In this document: positions 1 to 8,702 of the stretch, piece after piece | Position numbering within the stretch: the stretch's first letter is position 1 | How the letters are laid out: the number at the start of each line of letters is the position of its first letter | From: Candidatus Goldiibacteriota bacterium | Lineage (GTDB): Bacteria; Oederibacteriota; PGYV01; DSYL01 | DNA length: 32,953 nucleotides | Direction of reading: 5' to 3' | Assembly: GCA_026414685.1 (NCBI GenBank) | Contig: JAOAIN010000061.1 | Span: 1-32,953 of the forward strand | Program-made: the position numbers and the translations under genes | The notes under the pieces: model-generated | Databases searched by the model: none | What the model was told of the DNA's origin: nothing | The model's input: only the letters and a program-made list of their open reading frames with translations

Positions 1-1
1 T

Positions 2-964
2 TCATGGACTGTGAGTTTGACATCAAGTCCAACAGGAACGCAAACAGTAACAATTACTTTAACAAGAACTATAACACCAACCCACACTCGGACAGTGAGT
101 CCAACCCAGACAATAACAGACACGATATCATCAAATACACCAACCAGCACACTGACAAGAACAAACACATTAACATATACAGTGACTTTGAGTTATACAT
201 TTACTAGGACCCAGACACCAACGCACACAGAGACTATGACAAACACATCATCACCCACATGGACACGAACAATAACAGCGAGTTATACTGCAACGAATTC
301 AATAACACCAACCCACACTCGGACAGTGAGTCCAACCCAGACAATAACAGACACGATATCATCAAATACACCGACTGTTCCCTCTACTTTTACAGAAACA
401 TTTACTATAACCCGAACATTTACATCTACTCATTCATACACTGTAACGTTTACATCCACATTAACAAGAACATTTACAGTTGCATTAACACTGACATCTA
501 CATCAACTTATATATTGACTTATACAAATACTTTTACTTCTACTCGTACTTTAACATTGACAGCAACACAAACCAGAACACAGACAGTAACAGGCACCAT
601 ATCACCGACACCTACATTAACACCTACTTTTACAGTGACAATTAATATTCAAAGACCCACAATCAATGATGTAGTTATATATCCCAATCCATATAATCCC
701 AATAAGGATAATATGTATATTTCTTTTAATTCATTATATGGAATTAAAATTATAAAGATTAAAATTTATACTACTGGATACAGGAAAATAAAACAGTTTA
801 ATTTTTCTTCACATATTTATAATCCATATAATTCTGAAATTATAATTGAAAATAAATATTTGCATGACCTTGCAAATGGTGTATATCATATTATAATAAG
901 CATTAAAGATATGAAAAATGAAGAAATATGGTCAAAACCCAAGCAATTGATTATTCTGAGATAA
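2..964 (+). CDS. 5'-truncated Thr-rich (TxT) surface/secreted protein with C-terminal T9SS-CTD-like Ig domain
   Basis: Frame is open from the window edge. About 210 aa of alternating Thr-X are followed by VVIYPNPYNP...IKIYTTGYRKIK...LANGVYHIII...KQLIILR, resembling a type-A sorting/FlgD-like domain. Confidence 0.8.
   Translation, partial: SWTVSLTSSPTGTQTVTITLTRTITPTHTRTVSPTQTITDTISSNTPTSTLTRTNTLTYTVTLSYTFTRTQTPTHTETMTNTSSPTWTRTITASYTATNSITPTHTRTVSPTQTITDTISSNTPTVPSTFTETFTITRTFTSTHSYTVTFTSTLTRTFTVALTLTSTSTYILTYTNTFTSTRTLTLTATQTRTQTVTGTISPTPTLTPTFTVTINIQRPTINDVVIYPNPYNPNKDNMYISFNSLYGIKIIKIKIYTTGYRKIKQFNFSSHIYNPYNSEIIIENKYLHDLANGVYHIIISIKDMKNEEIWSKPKQLIILR
71..372 (+). repeat. Exact 71-bp intragenic direct repeat (71-141 and 302-372)
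   Basis: ATAACACCAACCCACACTCGG...ATCAAATACACC is identical in both copies; the offset is 231 nt (in frame). Confidence 0.95.
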
Positions 965-977
965 AAAATTATTAAAT

Positions 978-1481
978 ATGAATGTAAATAAATTTTTATT
1001 TTTTATTTTATTTTTATTAATAACTTCATGCGCGTCTATGTATGTTAAACCATCAATAGAAGCAACATTATTTAGACAAAAAATACCTGGTAATGCAGGG
1101 ATAATTTTCAAGACAGCACTTAAATTACTACCTTTAATAGGGTATAAGATAGAAGGAAGCAACCCAGATGCTGGGACCATAACTACCAATCCTGTTGATA
1201 TGAAAATAACACCACAGGATTGTGACTGTGGCACTGCTTTTGGATTGCCTGTTATAAAGAGTGAAGGTGTGAATGCAAAGGTGTATTTTATTTTAGGGAT
1301 ATCTGATAATGAAATGACAATAAAGGCAGAAATTCAACCAGAACTTAAAGATTTAATGGCAACACTTTCTGCTGCCGGTATGACTGTTACTTGTGTATCA
1401 AAAGGCAAATTAGAAGAAATGTTTGCAAAAAAATTTATGGATAATATTAAATCAAAAGCAATACAGATGATTTTTAAATAA
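978..1481 (+). CDS. Hypothetical lipoprotein
   Basis: Basic N-terminus, hydrophobic stretch and lipobox LITS-C; internal CDC motif. Confidence 0.75.
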   Translation: MNVNKFLFFILFLLITSCASMYVKPSIEATLFRQKIPGNAGIIFKTALKLLPLIGYKIEGSNPDAGTITTNPVDMKITPQDCDCGTAFGLPVIKSEGVNAKVYFILGISDNEMTIKAEIQPELKDLMATLSAAGMTVTCVSKGKLEEMFAKKFMDNIKSKAIQMIFK

Positions 1482-1525
1482 TTAATTTAATTTTTTATAA
1501 TGACTAAAAGATTTAAAATTTATTA

Positions 1526-1822
1526 TTATTTTCCCAATATTATTTTTATATCCTCAAAATCCTGTTGCTGATATGCTTTGAATTCAACATTATATTTTAA
1601 ATTTTTTGTCTGGATTTCAAATCTACCATTATATAAAGTTCCTGCTGGTTTTATAATTATTTTTTTTATATCAGATGGTTTGAATTCTGCTATTACATTT
1701 AATAAATTAGAAATTCCTTTGTTGCGGATTATAATTTTATCATTGTAAACATCTATTTGCTCATTTATTCCTATTGCAACTTTTATTGGTTTTGCATCTT
1801 CAAAATTATTATTAGGGTTCAT
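1526..1822 (-). CDS. Hypothetical protein, possible bacterial PH-like (DUF4429-like) domain
   Basis: 98-aa ORF lying 16 nt downstream of the 1839-2138 ORF; beta-rich pattern followed by a C-terminal helix. Confidence 0.65.
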   Translation of the reverse strand: MNPNNNFEDAKPIKVAIGINEQIDVYNDKIIIRNKGISNLLNVIAEFKPSDIKKIIIKPAGTLYNGRFEIQTKNLKYNVEFKAYQQQDFEDIKIILGK

Positions 1823-1838
1823 TTTTATTTAATGAGTA

Positions 1839-2138
1839 TTATTGTTTGGTTGTTTCGTTTACTTTTGTCCAGTCCCTTAATTCACCATTATATTGTCCAC
1901 CTGTCATTGGTGGCGACATTACAAAATTTATTTTACCTTTATACATTGTGCATATACCTTTTAACATCTTTAATATCAGATGCCATTTAGGCTCAATATC
2001 AATTTTAACAATAAAATATTTAGACAGCGGCTCAGCGACAAAAATTGCATGTTTTTTTAAAGTATCAAGCAATAAATTATGAATGCGTTTTTCAAGTTCG
2101 GGTTCTGCCTGTATATCCCATGAAATTGTAAAATGCAT
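1839..2138 (-). CDS. Small hypothetical protein, possible ferredoxin-like (Cas2/VapD-like) fold
   Basis: GGGAG RBS and a consensus promoter upstream; N-terminal FTISWDI strand followed by a helix. Confidence 0.7.
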   Translation of the reverse strand: MHFTISWDIQAEPELEKRIHNLLLDTLKKHAIFVAEPLSKYFIVKIDIEPKWHLILKMLKGICTMYKGKINFVMSPPMTGGQYNGELRDWTKVNETTKQ

Positions 2139-2168
2139 TCTTTTTTCTCCCTGTATTTATTTTAGTTT

Positions 2169-2197
2169 ATTATATTCAAATAATATATTTATGTCAA
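2169..2197 (-). promoter_or_regulatory. Sigma70-type promoter TTGACA-17-TATAAT
   Basis: The + strand reads TGTCAA at 2192-2197 and ATTATA at 2169-2174, a perfect consensus upstream of the ORF starting at 2138. Confidence 0.8.
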
Positions 2198-2210
2198 GAA
2201 AAGTATTAGT

Positions 2211-2240
2211 ATCTTCAAATCTTCACATCTTCGCATCTTT
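2211..2240. repeat. Four-unit 8-bp-period tandem repeat (ATCTTCnn)
   Basis: ATCTTCAA ATCTTCAC ATCTTCGC ATCTTT, located between two divergent -35 boxes. Confidence 0.8.
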
Positions 2241-2249
2241 AAATTTTTG

Positions 2250-2277
2250 TTTACAAAAAATGAAAATAATTTATAAT
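2250..2277 (+). promoter_or_regulatory. Sigma70-type promoter TTTACA-16-TATAAT
   Basis: -35 at 2250-2255 and -10 at 2272-2277; the ATG at 2285 follows after 7 nt. Confidence 0.6.
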
Positions 2278-2284
2278 TATATTC

Positions 2285-3757
2285 ATGATTGCAAATAAAT
2301 TTATAAAAGTCTATTATTATATAACGTCATTTATAATTGGTGCGGTTATTTTAATACTTGAGATTCTTGGGACAAGGATAATTGCACCTTATTATGGTTC
2401 ATCCATATTTGTATGGGCATCGTTAATTGGTATTACCCTTGTTTCTCTTGCAATCGGTTATTTTTTAGGTGGATTTTTTGCAGATAGATATAAAAAACCA
2501 GATTTAATGTATATTTTTATTTTTACTGGCGCTACATGGATGATTATATTGCCATATATTGCCAAACCAGTTATATCAATGACTGATTTTTTAGGGCTTA
2601 GATTAGGTACTTTTTTGTCATCTGTGATTTTATTTGTTATTCCACTATTATTATTTGGTACTGTTTCACCTTATCTTGTAAAATTATGTGCAAATGATAC
2701 TAATAATATTGGTATAACTGCCGGTATTTTATATAGCATTTCCACAATAGGAAGTTTTATTGGTGCTATTTTAACCGGATTTTTTCTAATTCCATTTTTA
2801 GGGATTAATTTAATTATTAATATTTCAGGTGGTATATTAATTTTACTGGTCATTGTCTGGTATATTTATATCAAAGAAAAAAAAATAATTTTGTTAATAT
2901 TATTGATGTTATTTATTAGATTTGTTGCTGCCACCACTCCACAACCAGAAAGTAGGGGTAAGTTGTTGTTTGAAAAAGACGGCCATTATGGAAAGATAAA
3001 AGTGGTAGATTATTCTAATTATCGTGCATTTTTTATTGATGGTGCTTTACAGTCAATGTATGACATTAATACTCAGCAACATTTTTTACAATATATTGAT
3101 GTTATGTTACAGGCAGTTGATTTTTTTGGTAGTCCACGTGATATCCTAGTAATTGGTCTTGGCGGAGGGTCTATTGATAATAGATTAAAAAAATTGAAAG
3201 CAAATGTTGATAATGTTGAGATTGATCCTGTAATAGAATATGTTGCAAGAAAGTATTTTAATTTTACCGGTAACTCAATAATTGCTGATGGTAGAGAATA
3301 TCTACGTAAGACATCAAAAAAATATGATGTAATTTTTACAGATGTTTATTCTGGGTATTCTCTTTGTCCTTATCTTTTCACAAAAGAAGCATTTTACCAG
3401 ATGAAGTCAACTTTAAACCCAAATGGAATATTGGCTGTTAATACTGTTAGCTATATTTCCAGCGATGAAAAAGGGCAGATAATTCATGACGATTTGTATG
3501 CTTTTATTTATTGGACTTTAAAATTAGTTTTTAAAAATGTTTATATGCAAGCGGATCAGTATGGTTTTACAAATATCATTTATTTTGCATCAGATAGAAG
3601 TTTAAATATAGGCAATAGGTATATAAATATACAACCAGAAAAAAAAGAAAAAATTTTTACAGATAATTATAATCCCATAGAATTTCTCGCTTCTGGTATA
3701 ATGGAAAAATGGAGAAATGAAAATGTAGTCAGAATAGGCAAGGACTATCAATTATAA
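2285..3757 (+). CDS. Fused membrane domain / spermidine synthase-like SAM-dependent transferase
   Basis: About 7 N-terminal TM helices (LEILGTRIIAPYYGSS, YSISTIGS); C-terminal LVIGLGGG, VEIDP, ADGR, DVIFTD and TDNYNP motifs. Confidence 0.88.
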   Translation: MIANKFIKVYYYITSFIIGAVILILEILGTRIIAPYYGSSIFVWASLIGITLVSLAIGYFLGGFFADRYKKPDLMYIFIFTGATWMIILPYIAKPVISMTDFLGLRLGTFLSSVILFVIPLLLFGTVSPYLVKLCANDTNNIGITAGILYSISTIGSFIGAILTGFFLIPFLGINLIINISGGILILLVIVWYIYIKEKKIILLILLMLFIRFVAATTPQPESRGKLLFEKDGHYGKIKVVDYSNYRAFFIDGALQSMYDINTQQHFLQYIDVMLQAVDFFGSPRDILVIGLGGGSIDNRLKKLKANVDNVEIDPVIEYVARKYFNFTGNSIIADGREYLRKTSKKYDVIFTDVYSGYSLCPYLFTKEAFYQMKSTLNPNGILAVNTVSYISSDEKGQIIHDDLYAFIYWTLKLVFKNVYMQADQYGFTNIIYFASDRSLNIGNRYINIQPEKKEKIFTDNYNPIEFLASGIMEKWRNENVVRIGKDYQL

Positions 3758-3842
3758 AAGTGTTGTGTAAATTGTAATTTGTCTATTGTATGTTTGAAAA
3801 AGCATGTCATATTAAAGAACATTTTTTATAGTGGAGGTTTTT

Positions 3843-4157
3843 ATGATACTTACAAATATTCCTATGGTTCCTGGTATGAAAATTGTAGAGCATTATGGAC
3901 TAGTTACTGGTAGCACTGTAAGGGCTAAGCATATAGGCAAAGATATAATGGCATCACTCAAAAACATAATAGGTGGTGAATTAAAGGGCTATACAGAACT
4001 TTTAAACGAAGCCCGAAAAGAAGCTTTAGAGCGTATGATAAAACAGGCAGAAAAACTTGGTGCCAATGCAGTAATTAATGTAAGATTTTCAACATCATCT
4101 ATTGCTCAAGGTGCAGCAGAACTTTATGTATATGGCACAGCAGTTAAGGTAGAATGA
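3843..4157 (+). CDS. YbjQ/UPF0145 family protein
   Basis: GLVTGSTVRAKHIGKDIMASLKNIIGGEL...GANAVINVRF...YGTAV; the GGAGG RBS favours ATG 3843. Confidence 0.93.
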   Translation: MILTNIPMVPGMKIVEHYGLVTGSTVRAKHIGKDIMASLKNIIGGELKGYTELLNEARKEALERMIKQAEKLGANAVINVRFSTSSIAQGAAELYVYGTAVKVE

Positions 4158-4657
4158 TGAACAGAGATAATTTAGCGTTTTTACAAATAATTTTAAATAA
4201 TCTTGATGTAATTTTTTTTATTTTTTTAGTATTTCTGGGTTTTACTTCAGGAACAATAGCTGAAAAGAGTCATTATAGATCTATAAAAAAAAGAGAAGAA
4301 AATTTAATGCATATACCTGTTGTAAATTCCGGTGATTTTATTGATAATTCAAAGGAAATAGAAAATGTTTATTTTATATCTGGTTCATGTGTAGTGGCTC
4401 TTGATTATTTTAAAATGGTTTTTGCTGCAATAAAACAGATTTTTGGTGGCCGTATTCAATCATATGAAACATTGATAGACCGGGGGAGAAGAGAAGCAAT
4501 ATTAAGATTAAAAGAAAAAGCTGCTAGTAAAAATGTTGATGTCATAATAAATTTAAGAATTGAGACATCATCAATCGGACAAAATGCAGGACAGAAAGGT
4601 GGTATAGGAAGTGTTGAGGTTTTTGCCTATGCCACCGCAATAACATATAAAAAATGA
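4154..4657 (+). CDS. YbjQ family protein with N-terminal TM helix
   Basis: IFGGRIQSYETLIDRGRREAILRLK...VEVFAYATAI; ATGA overlap with the previous gene. Confidence 0.88.
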   Translation: MMNRDNLAFLQIILNNLDVIFFIFLVFLGFTSGTIAEKSHYRSIKKREENLMHIPVVNSGDFIDNSKEIENVYFISGSCVVALDYFKMVFAAIKQIFGGRIQSYETLIDRGRREAILRLKEKAASKNVDVIINLRIETSSIGQNAGQKGGIGSVEVFAYATAITYKK

Positions 4658-5463
4658 AATATATACCAAAATTACCAGATGGTGATATAAATGCACCAAC
4701 AACAAATTTATTAAAGGATTTCATTTATTTTCTTGCAATACTTATTCTTGTAATAATCTTTATATATGTTTTTCTTGGTTTTCTTGTTGATATAGTTGCT
4801 GAAAAAATATCTCCAGAATTTGAAGAAAAACTTGCTTATAATTACATGATGATGTTTGAAAAAAAGCCTATAACAGTTAAAGAAAAGAAATTACAGAAAT
4901 TTTTAAATGATCTTGTTTCATACACAGATTTGAAAAACAGAAAATTTAATGCAAGAATACTTGAAACCAAACAGGTAAATGCTCTTGCCATGCCAGGAGG
5001 TAATATTATTGTTTTATCCGGATTATTAAAAACAGTAAAAACAGAAAATCAATTAGCATATGTTTTATATCATGAATTGGGACATTATGCCCATAAAGAC
5101 CATTTAAGAGGACTTGGTAGAGGTCTTGTTTTGTCATTAATTGCTACTGTTTTATTTGGTTCAGATACTTTTTTCAATAGAACACTCTCCAGTTCTATTT
5201 CCAACATTCAGCTAAAATATACAAGAAGCCAGGAAATAAAAGCAGATCTATATGCTATAGATTTACTTTATAAAAAATATAAAAATGTGGCAGGAGCAAC
5301 AGATTTACTGATAGTTTTTGGAAAAAATGAGCCTGCTTCCAAAGCATTTTCACTTTTTACTACTCATCCGCATTATTCAGATAGAATAAAAGCAATAGAT
5401 AATTACATTAAGAAAAAAAATTATAAGGTATTAATGAACAGTCAGATAAAATTAAATTTATAA
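4654..5463 (+). CDS. M48 family Zn metallopeptidase, membrane anchored
   Basis: NALAMPGG, HELGH (HExxH), EIKAD and THP motifs; N-terminal TM helix; ATGA overlap. Confidence 0.92.
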   Translation: MKYIPKLPDGDINAPTTNLLKDFIYFLAILILVIIFIYVFLGFLVDIVAEKISPEFEEKLAYNYMMMFEKKPITVKEKKLQKFLNDLVSYTDLKNRKFNARILETKQVNALAMPGGNIIVLSGLLKTVKTENQLAYVLYHELGHYAHKDHLRGLGRGLVLSLIATVLFGSDTFFNRTLSSSISNIQLKYTRSQEIKADLYAIDLLYKKYKNVAGATDLLIVFGKNEPASKAFSLFTTHPHYSDRIKAIDNYIKKKNYKVLMNSQIKLNL

Positions 5464-5470
5464 ATTATTA

Positions 5471-5499
5471 TTGACATAAAATAAAAATGAATAAATAAT
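5471..5499 (+). promoter_or_regulatory. Putative promoter of thyX
   Basis: TTGACA-17-AATAAT; AAGGTG RBS before ATG 5533. Confidence 0.5.
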
Positions 5500-5532
5500 A
5501 TAATTTTAAAATATTATTATATAAGGTGAAAA

Positions 5533-7032
5533 ATGTTAGAAGTAAAACTTGCTGGTTTTAATATAGATTATGATGCATTGGAGAAATTGAAAAAATTTGG
5601 CTGGGATGGAAAAGATAATTTAACCCCTGAGACAATTTCTGCTGCTTATGCCAGGATAAGCAGAGACCCAAGACCTGTGAATCAATTAAGAGAAGAAGCA
5701 AGGGAAGAAGTAGATAAAGCCAGAAAATCCAATGAAAATATTGTTTTTAAGATGGGACACCATTCTGTTGCTGAGCATGCTTATTTGAATTTTGATATTC
5801 TTGGTATTTCGCGTCTTGCTGTGGAATCACTTGAAGAGGCTCGGCTCTGTTCATATACAGAAAAATCACAACGTTATATAACTTTGGAGGGTGATTATGT
5901 TATTCCAGACGAATTTAATGAAAAAGAGAAAAATCTTTTCAGAAAAATAGTTGGGTTACAGGTTGATGCTTATAATAAGGTTTTACCTGTTTTACATGAA
6001 TATCAGAAGAAAATAAACATTGATAAATTAAATACTAAATCTGGTCAGAATATGGTTGAAGGATGGGCAAAAGAAGACGCACGATATATGGTATGTCTAG
6101 CCACTGAATGCCAGTTGGGATTTTCTACAAATGCACGTAATCTTGAATATATATTACGTAAATTAAAATATAACCCACTTTCTGAAGTGAGAAAACTATC
6201 CAAAATGCTCTATGACAGAGCAAAAAAGGTTGTTCCATCACTTATTATTTTATCTGATCCTGTTGCTTTTAAAAAGCAATTTGGTTGGGAAGTTTCAGAT
6301 GGATTTTTAAAGACTGGTTTAGAAAAGATTGAGATGCTTTCAAAAAATATAAAAATTTTTAGTAAAAAAACATCCCGAATAGAAAGGGAAGTAAATTTAT
6401 TTGACTGGACAGACAACATTGATGAGAAAATAATTGCTGGTTTACTTTATCAAAAAGGAAATATGGGATATTCACAATGCCTTTCAACAATTAAAAAATT
6501 TGACAAAAAGAAAAGAAAAAATATTTTCAAGATGTTTTTTGATGGTTTTACTGAATATGATTCCATGCCAAGGCAATTTGAATTTATAAATTTTTGTTTT
6601 GAATTGATAATAAGCGCCAGTGCCTTTGCACAATTAAAAAGACACAGAATGATGACTATATTAAAACAACCATATGATATAAATCTAGGGATAACCATAC
6701 CGCCATCATTCATTATAACTAACCAGGAAAAAATATTAAAAGATATTATTAGAAAAACAGAACATCTGTTTGAAAAATTATATAAAAAGAATAAACATGC
6801 GGCTGCGTATGTGTTAACAAATGCTCATAGGAGAAAAGTTTTAATAAATATAAATTTAAGAGAACTTTACCATCTTGCTCGTTTACGTATGGACAGTCAT
6901 GCTCAATGGGATATTCAAAACATAGTAACAGCCATGGTAGCAGCGGTTAAAAGGATAGCCCCGTTATCAGGTGCCCTCCTGTGTGGAAAAGATGAATTCA
7001 AAAAATGTTATGAAGAATTTATTAATAGTTAA
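5533..7032 (+). CDS. thyX: FAD-dependent thymidylate synthase, tandem-domain type
   Basis: GHHSVAEHA, SYTEKSQRY, EDARY and NARNLE in the N-terminal half; QLKRHR, NLRELYH and HAQWDI in the C-terminal half. Confidence 0.92.
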   Translation: MLEVKLAGFNIDYDALEKLKKFGWDGKDNLTPETISAAYARISRDPRPVNQLREEAREEVDKARKSNENIVFKMGHHSVAEHAYLNFDILGISRLAVESLEEARLCSYTEKSQRYITLEGDYVIPDEFNEKEKNLFRKIVGLQVDAYNKVLPVLHEYQKKINIDKLNTKSGQNMVEGWAKEDARYMVCLATECQLGFSTNARNLEYILRKLKYNPLSEVRKLSKMLYDRAKKVVPSLIILSDPVAFKKQFGWEVSDGFLKTGLEKIEMLSKNIKIFSKKTSRIEREVNLFDWTDNIDEKIIAGLLYQKGNMGYSQCLSTIKKFDKKKRKNIFKMFFDGFTEYDSMPRQFEFINFCFELIISASAFAQLKRHRMMTILKQPYDINLGITIPPSFIITNQEKILKDIIRKTEHLFEKLYKKNKHAAAYVLTNAHRRKVLININLRELYHLARLRMDSHAQWDIQNIVTAMVAAVKRIAPLSGALLCGKDEFKKCYEEFINS

Positions 7033-7801
7033 TATATTATTTTGTTTATTATTATTTAATTTTATATATTCAGAAAATATTGATTCAAAAATTAACACTT
7101 TCAATAATAAATCTGATATATCACATTCAATTTATTTTGGATTTTCTGCATTCATTCAATACGGAGAATCAAATGGCACAGCAATTGCTCCTGAGAATGG
7201 AGTTTATGATAATAAGGGCGCGCCATATGAAATGGGCTATGGGTTTTCTTGTCATATTTTTTATACTTTGAGTAATGAATGGAGAATTTTTCTTGAAACC
7301 GGATATTCTGATAGACGAATTTTATGTGCGAGAAAAAATGAATATGGGATTGGCTCATGGATTGCAGATATGACTGGTAACACTTTTAATAATTTTTATG
7401 GTCCATTTGATAGTGATATTTATTTTTATATGGACACATTTATAATAAAAACAGGAGGAAAATACTACATATTAAATGATGAAAATTTAAAACCATGGTT
7501 TGGTGTTGGATTAACTCTTTATCCCTGGAGTGCTTCTTATATGAATGCTGAAAGAAGTAAGATATGGGGGTCTTTAAATGGTATATGTTTTTACCTATCA
7601 TTTTTAAATTTCGGGATTGATATGAATATAGATTTAGGTGAAAAAGAAAAAATAATATTTTCCCTGTATGCAGATTTAGGTGCTCCTTCTGTACAATTAA
7701 AATTTAATAATCTCTTCCAAAATGGTTGGAACTATGTTGACGAGAGCGAAGATGTAATTGCGCCTTATAAATTCGGACTTATAATGATGTTTGAATTATA
7801 A
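7010..7801 (+). CDS. Exported protein, probable outer-membrane beta-barrel
   Basis: Signal peptide from ATG 7010 (MKNLLIV...); aromatic/Gly amphipathic strands such as LKPWFGVGL. Confidence 0.65.
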   Translation: MKNLLIVNILFCLLLFNFIYSENIDSKINTFNNKSDISHSIYFGFSAFIQYGESNGTAIAPENGVYDNKGAPYEMGYGFSCHIFYTLSNEWRIFLETGYSDRRILCARKNEYGIGSWIADMTGNTFNNFYGPFDSDIYFYMDTFIIKTGGKYYILNDENLKPWFGVGLTLYPWSASYMNAERSKIWGSLNGICFYLSFLNFGIDMNIDLGEKEKIIFSLYADLGAPSVQLKFNNLFQNGWNYVDESEDVIAPYKFGLIMMFEL

Positions 7802-7914
7802 TATAAAACAATTATTTTCCATCTAATTAACTGAAAATATTTTAATTGCTTCACAAAAAGTATGAAGTTGTATATGAACCTTATTTGAATCCATCAGAAA
7901 TTTTTATAATTTAT

Positions 7915-7943
7915 TTGACATAAAAAAAATATTCTATTAATAT
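7915..7943 (+). promoter_or_regulatory. Putative promoter of the ABC-uvrA operon
   Basis: TTGACA-17-TAATAT; GAGGTG RBS before ATG 7964. Confidence 0.5.
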
Positions 7944-7963
7944 ATTTATTTTGAGGTGAGAAA

Positions 7964-8695
7964 ATGGAAATAGTAATAGAAGTAAAAAATCTTACAAAGA
8001 TATATAAATCACTTGATTTCTGGAAAAAAGATACATATACAGGTATAAAAGATGTTAATTTATCCATTTACAAGGGAGAAATTTTTGGATTGCTCGGATT
8101 AAATGGTGCAGGCAAGACAACATTGATGAAAACCTTACTTGGATTATTACAACCAACTACTGGTAGTATAAAAATTTTGGGCAGTTCAATAAATAATACA
8201 GAAATAAGAAAATATATTGGATATATGCCAGAATTGCCATATTTTCCAAAATATCTTAAAGCATATGAAATATTAGAATATTTCGCTGATATTTTTAATA
8301 TACATAATAAAAGACAGAAAATATTACAAACACTTGAATTAGTTGGACTTAAGGGAAATGAATATAAGAAAATAAAAGGTTTTTCAAAGGGGATGCAATC
8401 ACGGCTTGGAATGGCTCAGGCGCTCATAAACGATCCTGAGATTCTTTTTCTTGATGAGCCGATGTCCGGTCTTGATCCACTCGGTTATAAAGAAATGAGA
8501 GATGTGCTTGTTGACCTTAATAAAAATGGTAAAACTATTTTTTTTAATTCTCATATATTAAGTGAGGTGGAAAAAATATGTGATAGAGTCGCCATTATGC
8601 ATCGGGGCCATTTAATTGAGCCTGTAAAGGTTTCATGGATAATAAAAAAATTTAAATCCGTAGAATCTTATTTTATTCACCATGTAAAGGAGTGA
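7964..8695 (+). CDS. ABC-2 type transporter ATP-binding protein (PilH/XapD-like)
   Basis: Walker A GLNGAGKT, signature FSKGM, Walker B LFLDEP, H-loop NSH. Confidence 0.93.
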   Translation: MEIVIEVKNLTKIYKSLDFWKKDTYTGIKDVNLSIYKGEIFGLLGLNGAGKTTLMKTLLGLLQPTTGSIKILGSSINNTEIRKYIGYMPELPYFPKYLKAYEILEYFADIFNIHNKRQKILQTLELVGLKGNEYKKIKGFSKGMQSRLGMAQALINDPEILFLDEPMSGLDPLGYKEMRDVLVDLNKNGKTIFFNSHILSEVEKICDRVAIMHRGHLIEPVKVSWIIKKFKSVESYFIHHVKE

Positions 8696-8702
8696 ATATC
8701 AA

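Noticed and set aside
71-372. CRISPR array or DGR template/variable repeat pair
   Set aside because: There are only two identical, in-frame coding copies, with no adenine-specific mismatches, no spacers, and no reverse transcriptase or cas1 nearby.
4-645. Asn/His/Tyr-rich ORFs 4-207 and 259-645
   Set aside because: They are off-frame shadows of ACN-rich Thr codons.
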